Shown piece after piece: positions 18,407 to 27,256 of a DNA stretch of 64,000 bases (position 1 is the stretch's first letter; the number at the start of each line of letters is the position of its first letter). Below the pieces are notes generated by a model that saw only the letters and a list, made by a program, of their open reading frames with translations, did no database searches and was not told the origin of the DNA. Position numbers and translations under genes: made by a program. Origin of the DNA: Candidatus Multivoradales bacterium (GTDB taxonomy: Bacteria > Acidobacteriota > Thermoanaerobaculia > Multivoradales > Multivoraceae); contig CBDCWI010000002.1 of assembly GCA_965223325.1 (NCBI GenBank), positions 2,816,001 to 2,880,000 on the forward strand. Reading direction: 5' to 3'.

Positions 18407-18801
18407 AGGTCTTGCTCGATACCCATATCTTCCTATGGGCGGTTCTCGGTGACCGGCGGCTGGGCAGTCGCGCGAGGAGGGTGCTCGAGCGACCCAGCAC
18501 AGAAACCTGGCTCTCGCCGATCTCCGTCTGGGAGACCCTGTTGCTCGAATCCCGCGCACGCCTGCGGCTCGAACCAACTCCACTGCGATGGATTCAAGAA
18601 GCGCTCGGCCGCTATCCCTGGCGTGAAGCGGCGCTCACCCACGAGGTAGCGATCGCCAGTCGGGCGATCGGCCTCAGTCACGAGGATCCCGCCGATCGCT
18701 TCCTGGCAGCAACCGCCGCCGTCTACGACCTGACGCTGTTGACAGCTGATGAGGCCCTTCTCGAGGGAGACGGCTACTCAGTGATGAGCAACGACGACTG
18801 A
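18403..18801 (+). CDS. vapC: PIN-domain VapC toxin
   Basis: LLDTH, SPISVWE, HEDPADR; GTGA overlap with the antitoxin. Confidence 0.9.
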   Translation: MKVLLDTHIFLWAVLGDRRLGSRARRVLERPSTETWLSPISVWETLLLESRARLRLEPTPLRWIQEALGRYPWREAALTHEVAIASRAIGLSHEDPADRFLAATAAVYDLTLLTADEALLEGDGYSVMSNDD

Positions 18802-18828
18802 CGCCGACGTACGTCGCGCAGAGACCTG

Positions 18829-19287
18829 ATGACAGAGAGCAACACCGGTACGAAGATCCGTCCCGCAGGTCCGAGCGATCGTGAAGCCGTCTTCGAGCTG
18901 GCTGCTCGGTTCGCGACCTCTTTCGTCGTCGACCAACAGGCCTTCGCCGTCGCGTTCGACGCACTGTTGGAGCAAGAGAGCGCCTACCTCCTGGTCGCCG
19001 AGAAAGAGGGTTCTGTCATCGCCTACTGCCTGGCCTTCGACCACTTGACCCTGTTCGCCAACGGGCGGGTGACATGGGTCGAGGAGGTGATGGTCCGCGC
19101 GGACCGCCGCCGCAGCGGGATCGGCGCTCGGCTGATGCAGGCGGTGGAAGACTGGGCGAGGCTGCGTCGCTCGCGACTGGTCGGTCTGGCGACTCGGAGA
19201 GCCGCGCCTTTCTACAGGGCGCTGGGATACGAGGAGTCGGCGACCTACTTCCGAAAGCTGCTGCAAGCGCATCCAGAGCACGCCTAG
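18829..19287 (+). CDS. GNAT family acetyltransferase
   Basis: RRSGIGARLM acetyl-CoA motif; FYRALGY. Confidence 0.88.
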   Translation: MTESNTGTKIRPAGPSDREAVFELAARFATSFVVDQQAFAVAFDALLEQESAYLLVAEKEGSVIAYCLAFDHLTLFANGRVTWVEEVMVRADRRRSGIGARLMQAVEDWARLRRSRLVGLATRRAAPFYRALGYEESATYFRKLLQAHPEHA

Positions 19288-19493
19288 AGGCTGCCCTTGG
19301 GTAGTGCGAGCTCTGATCGCCGCGTATTTACGGCACTCCGGCACAACATCGGCCCATCGATGTCCTTCGAGGTCGGCGGTCGGGGGCGCAATGGTACCTA
19401 TGGGTTCTTCGCACAACCTCCCTCGGCTGCAACGACCACGGCCAGGTTGGAAGGTTCGATCCAGGTCCGGTTTCTCTTGCGCTGCAGGACCGG

Positions 19494-19892
19494 CTAGGCC
19501 GGCAGCAAAGATACGGGAAGTAGTTCCGAGTAGCGAGCGAAGTCGCCGTCCGTGGTGAAGATCGGTACCTCCTGCCGGTTGCTGACGGCACAGATGAGAA
19601 AATCTGTGTTCGAACCCTGAACGCCTGAAGCTCGACAAGAGTTGTAGAACGCTGCGGCTCGTACGTAGTCTTCAGAACACACCTCTAGATCCACGAACGG
19701 TTCAAGACCTTCTCGTAGTCGTTCGAACTGCTGCTTGCGGCGAACACCTGAGAGGATCTCCTGGCGCACGGCTCCAATCATGACCGCACGCCCGTCCGAG
19801 ATCAGATCTCTGAGCCTCTCGACTGCTTTGCCGCCAGGACTGGATCGTCTAAAAGCTAGAGACCAGACCGCCGTATCGACGAGAACATTCAC
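19494..19892 (-). CDS. vapC: PIN-domain VapC toxin
   Basis: VLVDTAVW, QEILSG, DFLI, TTDGDF; GTG start overlaps the antitoxin stop. Confidence 0.88.
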   Translation of the reverse strand: MNVLVDTAVWSLAFRRSSPGGKAVERLRDLISDGRAVMIGAVRQEILSGVRRKQQFERLREGLEPFVDLEVCSEDYVRAAAFYNSCRASGVQGSNTDFLICAVSNRQEVPIFTTDGDFARYSELLPVSLLPA

Positions 19893-20092
19893 GAGTCCAG
19901 CTTCCGCTGCTCTTTGTAGTCGTAGCCCTCGTCGTACTCCACCGTGCCGAAGAGCTCGAGAATGCTCTTTTGCTTCCGACGACGAATGTACTCTTCGAGG
20001 GCTTCCGTGACGGTTGCCTTCTTTGTCTTCTTGTTCCCTACGCGCTGGGCTTCTTCGAGGAGTCCAGGGTCGATTGCCAGGTTCGTTGCCAT
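19889..20092 (-). CDS. vapB: VapB-type (RHH) antitoxin
   Basis: MATNLAIDPGLLEEA...KTKKATVTEALEEYIRRR; RBS GAAGGAAG. Confidence 0.85.
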   Translation of the reverse strand: MATNLAIDPGLLEEAQRVGNKKTKKATVTEALEEYIRRRKQKSILELFGTVEYDEGYDYKEQRKLDS

Positions 20093-20103
20093 CACACTTC
20101 CTT

Positions 20104-20135
20104 CTGTGTAAGTTCCTACACATACTATCACACAG
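20104..20135. promoter_or_regulatory. Inverted repeat operator upstream of vapB
   Basis: TGTGTA-N6-TACACA (20105-20122) plus a further CACAG half-site at 20131. Confidence 0.55.
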
Positions 20136-20210
20136 ACCTCTCCACCATTCAATCTGGCCAGAACCAGAGCCGCGGGCCACGAGGGTAAAACTCGTGAACG
20201 AGTGAGCCTG

Positions 20211-20245
20211 TTGACTTAGTCATCATTCTTGACTAAGTTCTACTC
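20211..20245 (+). promoter_or_regulatory. Sigma-70 promoter with tandem operator, leaderless
   Basis: TTGACT-17-TAAGTT-6 nt-ATG; TGACTTAGTCA and TGACTAAGTT sites. Confidence 0.75.
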
Positions 20246-20470
20246 ATGAAGACCGTGACGATTCACGAAGCCAAGACCCACCTCTCCCGGCTCATCCGCG
20301 AAGTGCAGGAAGGCGAGGAAATCATCATCGCGCGCGGTGACTGCCCAGTCGTGAAGCTGGTCTTGCTCGATGCATCCGCCGGAGAACGCAGAATCGGAAC
20401 GGCCAAGGGCAAAGTCGTCATCGCGAACGACTTCGATGAGCCGCTAGACGACTTCACTGCCTACCGGTAG
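20246..20470 (+). CDS. Phd/YefM family antitoxin
   Basis: IHEAKTHLSRLIREVQEGEEIIIARG. Confidence 0.92.
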   Translation: MKTVTIHEAKTHLSRLIREVQEGEEIIIARGDCPVVKLVLLDASAGERRIGTAKGKVVIANDFDEPLDDFTAYR

Positions 20471-20478
20471 GACTCACG

Positions 20479-20874
20479 GTGGCAGACGAGTACCTTCTCG
20501 ACACGCACGCGCTGCTCTGGCTTTCTACCGATGACGAGCGCCTGACCGACTCGGTACGAAGAATCGTCCTTGAAGGGAAACACACTCTACGCGTCAGCGC
20601 CGCCTCGATCTGGGAGTTGGCAATCAAGAAGAGCCTCGGAAAGCTCGAGCTAAGCGAGCCTCTCCACGTCTTCCTCGAAGGGCAACGCGACGCTCTCGGC
20701 TTCCGGTTCCTTCCGGTCATGGTGAGGGACGCGATCGAAGTCGAGGCACTGCCTTGGCTCCATCGCGATCCCTTCGACCGGCTCCTTGTCGCTCAGGCGA
20801 GGTTGCGGCAGGTGACCATCCTGTCGAGAGATTCCAACCTGGCTCGCTATGACGTGGAGACGTTCTGGGGGTAA
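20479..20874 (+). CDS. vapC: PIN-domain VapC toxin
   Basis: LLDTHALLW, SAASIWE, HRDPFDRLLVAQA. Confidence 0.92.
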   Translation: MADEYLLDTHALLWLSTDDERLTDSVRRIVLEGKHTLRVSAASIWELAIKKSLGKLELSEPLHVFLEGQRDALGFRFLPVMVRDAIEVEALPWLHRDPFDRLLVAQARLRQVTILSRDSNLARYDVETFWG

Positions 20875-20931
20875 GGCGTCCCTCAGGTTGCGCCAGCTCA
20901 CCCGTGCTTGGACGTAGGCGGATCATCGCGG

Positions 20932-21170
20932 TCAGCTGCCCGCTTTGGCGTTGGTCTTCTTCTTCGCGTGTCTAGCGTAGTAGCGGGCCGCTTTGGCCCG
21001 GTTGCCACAGGCCTTCATGTTGCACCAGCCCCTGGTCTTGTTGCGACCGGTCTCGACGAACATCCATCCACAATCGTGTCCGCGACCCTCTTTGACCAGC
21101 GAGAGCCGTTCGGAGCACAAGAGCTCGACCGCCGCCAGCACGATGCACCAGCTCAGGACAGCGATTCTTC
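20932..21170 (-). pseudogene. CGNR zinc-finger protein remnant
   Basis: DCGWMFVE..RN..RGWCNMKACGNRAKAAR; first Cys appears replaced (VKEG); no N-terminal ABATE domain or clear start. Confidence 0.6.
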
Positions 21171-21289
21171 GAGACTCTGATGGAGCCGAGCCAGGCGCCC
21201 CGCGGCCATCTTCGACGACATCGCGCGGGCGGCAGCCGGCCTTCGAGGCGTAACGGTACATTGGTCTCTCAATCAAGACAGGAGCGCTC

Positions 21290-22627
21290 ATGAACGGACG
21301 CTGTTTCACGATCGTCTCGACGATCGGCCTACTCCTCGTACTGACGCTTTCGACCGTCAAGAGCCCAACCCTGGCCTCCTCCGCCGGAGCGCCAAACGAG
21401 GGCAATCGCGTCGCCGAGGTTCGTTGTGGGCAACTGCTCGACGTAGTCAACCGGCAGGTGCTGCGTGACCAGCGAATCCTGATCGAGAACGACACGATTC
21501 GCGCCATCGGGAAGACGGTCGAAGCACCGGCCGGGGCCGAGCGAATCGACCTCGGCGACCACACCTGCATGCCCGGCCTGATGGACATGCACGCGCATCT
21601 CTTCATCGATGCCACCGGACGAACCGGCGACGAGTCCATACCCACTCAGTCGAGCGCCTACAACGCCTTGATGGGCCTTAGAAACGCCCGAACCCTGCTC
21701 GATCTCGGCTTCACGACCATCCGTGTCCCTGGCGACATGGACTACCACTACGCTGGAATCGAACTGCGCAATGCCATTGCTCGTGGTTGGTACCAGGGCC
21801 CGCGCATGCTGGTCGCTCCGCACGCCATCTCGCCGCTCGGCGGTCACGGCGACTTCAACAGCTATGCCCCCGACCTTCCACACACCGTTCAGGGCCCCCT
21901 CATCGCCGACGGCGTCGACGAGGTGCGGCGTGCCGTGCGGCGTGAGATCAAATACGGTGCGGACTGGATCAAGATCATGGCGAGTGGGGGCGTGATGTCG
22001 CAGCATGACGACCCCGAGGTCGCCGCCTACACTCAGGAGGAGTTCGAAGCCTTCGCCGACGAGACCCACCGCCACGGCAAGAAGATTACCGCCCACGCCC
22101 ACGGCGATGCCGGCATTCGAGCCGCAGTGCTCGCCGGTTTCGACTCGATCGAGCACGCGACGATGATGAGCGAAGAGACTGCCCGCCTGATGGCCGAGCG
22201 GGGCACGTACTACGTCCCGACGCTCTACGTCGTCGATTGGATCCTCGAGCGCGGCGCTACCGGCGGCATTTCGGCCAATAACCTCGAGAAGGCAAAGCTG
22301 GTCGCCGAGCAGCACGGCAGCTCGGTCGCGATGGCATCGAGCGCCGGGGTAAAGCTGATCGTCGGCTCCGACCCGATCTTTCCAATGGCGGAAGCGATCC
22401 GCGAATTCACCGCGATGTCCCAGCGGGTCCAGGACAACTGGCAGGTGCTGCAGGCTGGAACCATCAACCCGGCCCACATGCTGGGGCTGGAATCGGAACT
22501 CGGCTCACTGACAGCCGGCAAAAAGGCCGATCTGGTGGCCAGCCCGGACAACCCGATCGACAACATGCGCAACATCGAGAACGTTACCTTCGTGATGAAG
22601 GGCGGCGTCGTGGTGCGCCGGGACTGA
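21290..22627 (+). CDS. Secreted amidohydrolase (Xaa-Pro dipeptidase-like)
   Basis: PGLMDMHAH, GADWIK, AHAHG, DSIEH, GKKADLV; signal peptide. Confidence 0.9.
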   Translation: MNGRCFTIVSTIGLLLVLTLSTVKSPTLASSAGAPNEGNRVAEVRCGQLLDVVNRQVLRDQRILIENDTIRAIGKTVEAPAGAERIDLGDHTCMPGLMDMHAHLFIDATGRTGDESIPTQSSAYNALMGLRNARTLLDLGFTTIRVPGDMDYHYAGIELRNAIARGWYQGPRMLVAPHAISPLGGHGDFNSYAPDLPHTVQGPLIADGVDEVRRAVRREIKYGADWIKIMASGGVMSQHDDPEVAAYTQEEFEAFADETHRHGKKITAHAHGDAGIRAAVLAGFDSIEHATMMSEETARLMAERGTYYVPTLYVVDWILERGATGGISANNLEKAKLVAEQHGSSVAMASSAGVKLIVGSDPIFPMAEAIREFTAMSQRVQDNWQVLQAGTINPAHMLGLESELGSLTAGKKADLVASPDNPIDNMRNIENVTFVMKGGVVVRRD

Positions 22628-22708
22628 AGACAGGGTGGCCAGCAGCGGCCGTCGTAACACCCCACCGCCTCTCGCCCTCCACGTGCCCTCCGCACAACAA
22701 GTGCCCGG

Positions 22709-23398
22709 CTAGCCGCTCGGAGGGTCCAGGGGCCCAACGAGCGACGCGCGTTGTGAGATCTCAATCCAGTTTCCGTCGGGGTCACGCACAAAGGAGATTC
22801 GCGCAACCTCTCCAAGAGTCCGTGGCGCCATGCCTTCGCGACCGCCGCGCTCGAGAACTCCGGCATGCTCCTGGTCGCAGTCACGGACCTGGAAGGTAAT
22901 GTAGCGGTAGCCTCTGGCCTTGAGCGTGGCGTCAGCCGGTGCACGGTCCGAACGCTCGAACGAGAGCACCGAGTCGCCAGCTAGATAGTGGGACGGGCCG
23001 ATCTTCTCGAGTCCAAGGGTGCGCCCGAGAAACCGGTGGTGATCACTCTCGTTGCGGACTGCCAGGTGGACGCCGAGCCGTTCGACCCCGTCGTTTCCAG
23101 AGGGAACCAGCAAGACCCGATTGCCGTCGGGATCGCAGAGTGCCTCTGCCTCGGTGCGGCCGGGATCGGCGATGCGCCACTCCACGTAGCCACTTGGTGG
23201 TGCATCGGGAAGTGGATCGCGGACGTGGTTGAGCTTGAAGACCGAGCCGTGTCGGCCGTGGCGATGCTGATGGTTACCGCCACCCGTCTTGAGCAGCTCC
23301 TGGTAGGTCAGCCCGGGCGCGCCCTGCCAGAACTCGAGCATTGAGTCGAGCTGATTGGTGTAGAGACCGGGGTCAATGTGTGCCTTTGCCAAGTCCAC
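22709..23398 (-). CDS. VOC/glyoxalase family protein
   Basis: Two DPDGN..E repeats. Confidence 0.8.
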   Translation of the reverse strand: MDLAKAHIDPGLYTNQLDSMLEFWQGAPGLTYQELLKTGGGNHQHRHGRHGSVFKLNHVRDPLPDAPPSGYVEWRIADPGRTEAEALCDPDGNRVLLVPSGNDGVERLGVHLAVRNESDHHRFLGRTLGLEKIGPSHYLAGDSVLSFERSDRAPADATLKARGYRYITFQVRDCDQEHAGVLERGGREGMAPRTLGEVARISFVRDPDGNWIEISQRASLVGPLDPPSG

Positions 23399-23460
23399 CT
23401 GGGGTCTCCTGGTGCCGGGCCTTCACACCCGGAGTCACACCACGGCTGAAGCCGAGGCCA

Positions 23461-24705
23461 TCAGGCCGCGCGTTCCTTCAATCGCATCCGCACCGGCATG
23501 TGCTTGATTCCGCCGACGAAGCTCGAACGCAGTCGCTCCATCTCACCGTCCATCTCAACCGACTCCATGCGCCCGAGCAGTCGGGTAAACAGCGCCTTGA
23601 GCTCGGCGCGCGCGATGTGGGCGCCAAGGCAAAGGTGTTCACCAACGCCGAAACCGACGTGCGGGTTGGGGTCACGGTCGATGCGGAAGGAAAAGGGATC
23701 TTCGAAGGCATCTTCGTCGCGGTTGCCAGACGGATAGAAGAGCACCATGTGATCGCCCGCGGCAATGCGCTGGCCGCGCAGCTCAACATCCTGGTTGGGA
23801 GTGCGGCAGAAATGAATCACCGGAGTGACCCAACGAACAATCTCCTCAACCGCGAGATCAATGAGGTCGGGATTCTGTTTCAGCTTTTCCCACTCGCCCG
23901 GATTGTCGATGAAAGCACGCAAACCGCCAGTCGCAGCGTTGCGGGTGGTTTCATTGCCAGCGACGATGAGCACGACCAGATTCGAATAGAGCTCGAAGTC
24001 GGGAATCGGTTGGTCGTCGATGGTGGCATTGGCGAGCGCCGACGTAAGGTCATCGGTCGGTTCGCGGCGCCGTTCTTCGACCATCGTACGGAAGTAGGCC
24101 TGCTGTTCCTGGATGGCCTGCAGGAAGGTCTCGGTTGCCGTGGAGTCAGGCGCCCTGAACTCAGGGTCCCCTGAGCCAATGATCTCGTTCGTCCACGCAA
24201 AGAACTTCTCGCGATCTTCAGGCGGCACACCCATGATGTCGGCAATCACCCAGATCGGAAGGCGCGCTGCGACCTCAGTCACAAAGTCGATCTGCTCGCG
24301 GTCGCCGATCTGGTCGAGAATCTCATCGGCCATCGCTTCGTAGTTGTTGAGCTGCGGGCGCACGGATCGAGGCGTGAAGCGCGAGGACAAGAGACGTCGG
24401 TAGGTCCTGTGGTCGGGAGGATCCATGTTCAACAGGTGCCGGAGCGGACGCTCATACGGATCGCGACCTTCTTCAAGGCGTGTGATGGCGATCAGGGGAG
24501 AGCTTTCGAAGATATCCGGGTCCTTCGAGATGCTGAGGATGTCTTCGCGTTTCGTCACCGCCCAGAAGGGTAGAAAGTGCTCAGCCTCGCAACGCGCGAT
24601 CGGCATCGTTTGCCGGAGCTCACGCCAGGCGTCGTGGGGGTAGCCGTTCTCCTCGTAGAAGATCGGGTCGATGATTTCGGGAGGTGCGAGTGTTGATGTG
24701 GTCAA
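23461..24705 (-). CDS. Cytochrome P450
   Basis: MDPPDH, AGNETT, EEIVR, FGVGEHLCLGA heme motif. Confidence 0.95.
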   Translation of the reverse strand: MTTSTLAPPEIIDPIFYEENGYPHDAWRELRQTMPIARCEAEHFLPFWAVTKREDILSISKDPDIFESSPLIAITRLEEGRDPYERPLRHLLNMDPPDHRTYRRLLSSRFTPRSVRPQLNNYEAMADEILDQIGDREQIDFVTEVAARLPIWVIADIMGVPPEDREKFFAWTNEIIGSGDPEFRAPDSTATETFLQAIQEQQAYFRTMVEERRREPTDDLTSALANATIDDQPIPDFELYSNLVVLIVAGNETTRNAATGGLRAFIDNPGEWEKLKQNPDLIDLAVEEIVRWVTPVIHFCRTPNQDVELRGQRIAAGDHMVLFYPSGNRDEDAFEDPFSFRIDRDPNPHVGFGVGEHLCLGAHIARAELKALFTRLLGRMESVEMDGEMERLRSSFVGGIKHMPVRMRLKERAA

Positions 24706-24765
24706 ACCGGCCTCCTTGGGAGGAGATGATTGGGCGGAGCGTGGCTAGCCGCGACAGCCCTGGAA

Positions 24766-24957
24766 TCACTTCTCGAGCGACAAAGCCTGCCGCGGGCAGC
24801 GGTTGACAGCGTCTTCGAGCTTGGTGAGCAGCGTTTCGGGGGGGTGCTCGTCCAAGACCTTCAGCTCGTCGTGCTCGTCGAGCTTGAAGACTTCCGGACA
24901 AGCGGCCATACAAATGGCGTTGGCTTCACAGAGATCGCGGTCGACGATGACTTTCAA
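24766..24957 (-). CDS. Ferredoxin ([3Fe-4S]-type, P450-associated)
   Basis: VDRDLCEANAICMAACPEVF...CPRQAL; TTG start after AAAGGGG. Confidence 0.88.
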   Translation of the reverse strand: MKVIVDRDLCEANAICMAACPEVFKLDEHDELKVLDEHPPETLLTKLEDAVNRCPRQALSLEK

Positions 24958-25309
24958 GGAATCCCCTTTCCTTTGACGCATCAAAGCCCATGCGGACAGG
25001 CGGACTGTCATCGTACGAAGAAGACGACCGCCGACAAGATGGGGGAACTACCTAGGTTGATGGTCCTGATCCGCTCGGTCCCGCGCAGACTCCCCCGACT
25101 GTTGGCATTTCAAGCTGAGGGCTGGTCATGCCATCGGACAAACAAGAGCCGTTTCAGTACCCCTGTTCTGGGTGAGTGGGCACCAAAACCTACGATCAGC
25201 CGGCAAGAGTCGCACCAGAAAGCTGCTCTGGCCGGGGCCACGATAAAGTTTCGCCAAGCCCGACATCTCTCCGCATCTGTTCCGGAACAAGCCTCAGGAA
25301 GGAGGCGGC

Positions 25310-26392
25310 ATGCCACATCCGAGCGTCAAACCGTCCGACCAACGGTCACTCAGGCGACCCGTCGTTCTCACTGGAACGGCCCTACTGCTCCTGCACTTCG
25401 GCATTAACGCAGTGCTCGGCCAGTCGGCCGCAACCGTTACGACCACCCTCGAGCGCATGTCCCAGGCGGCGGCGATCTTCCTCAGCACTCTCGATGATCA
25501 GCAGCGCGCCCTCGCTCTCTTTCCGGCAAGCGACGAGGAACGCTTTGTCTATCGCCTGGCACCGCTACCCGACTGGGGCGGCGTACCGCTGGGCGACCTG
25601 CGTCTCGACCAGGCCCTGTTGCTCGACAGCCTTCTGGCCGCCAGCTTGTCGACCGATGGCCTCCTGAAGGCGAACGGCATCATGGCGCTCGAGCAGTATC
25701 TGGTCGACCTCGAGCGCGCCGACGGGCGAAATGTCCCGGTGCACGGCCTCAGTCGCTATTCGGCCGCCTTCTTCGGTGACCCTGCCACCGCGGCGACCTG
25801 GGGCTGGCGACTCCAGGGGCACCACCTTTCGGTCAACTTCCTTGTTAAAGACGGCGAGCTCTACAACGCCGCACCGCATTTCCTCGGAGCGCAACCGCAT
25901 GAGGTCACCGAGGGGCCACGCAGGGGTTGGCACGTCCTCGGCGACGAAGAGCGCCTTGGGCGCGAGCTCTACCTCGCCCTGGGCGAGACACAACGAAGCG
26001 CAGCAACGCTTGCCGGAGGCATGCCCCGCAACGTGCTCTCCGGCGACCAGCGCACCTACGGCCTCGAAAAGCCCGAGGGCCTCCCGTTCACCGAGATGAA
26101 CGAGGCGCAGAAGAAGATCCTCTCCCGACTGATTGAGGAAACCGTCGCCAACGTGCCCGAAGACGTGCGCAAGCGCCGGCAGCGCGCCGTCGACGACGGC
26201 GGCCTCGAAGCCATTCACTTCGCCTGGGCGGGAAGTACCGAAACCGGCCGACCGATGTACTACCGCGTACAGGGGCCAGAGTTTCTGATCGAGTACTGCG
26301 TCACCGCGCCCAATCATGTGCACACGATCTGGCGCGAACGGAACGGCGATTTCGGGCGCGACCTCCTGGGCGAGCATCTAGGCAGCCACTGA
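25310..26392 (+). CDS. DUF3500 family protein
   Basis: WGWRLQGHHLSVN, YYRVQGP..LIEY, NHVHTIWR...GDFG. Confidence 0.85.
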   Translation: MPHPSVKPSDQRSLRRPVVLTGTALLLLHFGINAVLGQSAATVTTTLERMSQAAAIFLSTLDDQQRALALFPASDEERFVYRLAPLPDWGGVPLGDLRLDQALLLDSLLAASLSTDGLLKANGIMALEQYLVDLERADGRNVPVHGLSRYSAAFFGDPATAATWGWRLQGHHLSVNFLVKDGELYNAAPHFLGAQPHEVTEGPRRGWHVLGDEERLGRELYLALGETQRSAATLAGGMPRNVLSGDQRTYGLEKPEGLPFTEMNEAQKKILSRLIEETVANVPEDVRKRRQRAVDDGGLEAIHFAWAGSTETGRPMYYRVQGPEFLIEYCVTAPNHVHTIWRERNGDFGRDLLGEHLGSH

Positions 26393-26449
26393 ACCGGTGA
26401 CCACGCCTGAGGAGTGCGCCAGACGCATCACCCCCCACATTTCTGTGGG

Positions 26450-26854
26450 TCACGGTTCGGAGAACCCGGATTCGCGGAGCAGGGCTCGATCGAACGTAGC
26501 CACCTCGCTGCAGCCCGCCTCCACAGAAGCGGCCTGGATCACGTAGTCAGCAAAGTCTGCTCGACTCTCTCGATAGCGATCGAGGGCGCGGCGCAAGCGA
26601 GCGGAGCTGGCGAAGGCCAGATGCCGCGCTCTAAGCAGGGCATCGACCAGATCACAAATGTCAGACCGTGCCACATCGTAGCTTCGCGACAAGACCCAGA
26701 CGAGTTCGCACATCACGACGTCGGACACCCAGGCAGTAGCACCCTCAGCCTGGAGCCTCTCGATGAGACCTTTCGCTCTCGCCGTCTGTTCTTCATCGTC
26801 TTCTACGAGAAGGCGAACAAGAACATTGGTGTCGAGCGCGACGGCTTCGGTCAC
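26450..26854 (-). CDS. vapC: PIN-domain VapC toxin
   Basis: LDTNVLVR, ELVWVL, DFADY, TFDR. Confidence 0.9.
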   Translation of the reverse strand: MTEAVALDTNVLVRLLVEDDEEQTARAKGLIERLQAEGATAWVSDVVMCELVWVLSRSYDVARSDICDLVDALLRARHLAFASSARLRRALDRYRESRADFADYVIQAASVEAGCSEVATFDRALLRESGFSEP

Positions 26855-27114
26855 GAGTCTGCGGCTCGCTTCGTAGTCTCGTTCGCAGCCTCAGCAATGT
26901 CGCGAGCCATCTGCTCAACGGTCACCCCGCGCCTGCGCGACTTCACGACCCCGACCAGGCTGAGCAGGTCAACGTCCTGGAGTCTTACCTCCACGACTCC
27001 GTCCTCTCTCAGACGGAACTCCAGCCTGTCCCCGGGATCGAGATCCAGGGCGTCCCGTACCGATTTGGGGATCGTGACCTGACCCTTCGATGTGAGCGTC
27101 GACGTCGCCATCAT
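26851..27114 (-). CDS. AbrB/MazE/SpoVT-type antitoxin
   Basis: TSKGQVTIPKSVRDALDLDPGDRLEF. Confidence 0.9.
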   Translation of the reverse strand: MMATSTLTSKGQVTIPKSVRDALDLDPGDRLEFRLREDGVVEVRLQDVDLLSLVGVVKSRRRGVTVEQMARDIAEAANETTKRAADS

Positions 27115-27139
27115 CAGTTCCTTTCCGTGAACTGTATTC

Positions 27140-27155
27140 CTTACTCAGCAGTAAG
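27140..27155. promoter_or_regulatory. Inverted repeat operator of the AbrB-PIN pair
   Basis: CTTACT-CAGC-AGTAAG 25 bp upstream of the antitoxin start. Confidence 0.6.
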
Positions 27156-27256
27156 AGTATCATCGTCAGTGTTTCGGAAGCGCCAATGCTGTGGGATGCT
27201 GCCGTCCAATCCCGAGAGGCAAGAACGTGGATCTGAACTTCGCCAGATCATTCCTC

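Noticed and set aside
18052-20932. Integron cassette array (TA and GNAT genes)
   Set aside because: No convincing attC with RYYYAAC/GTTRRRY ends, mixed gene orientation, no integrase
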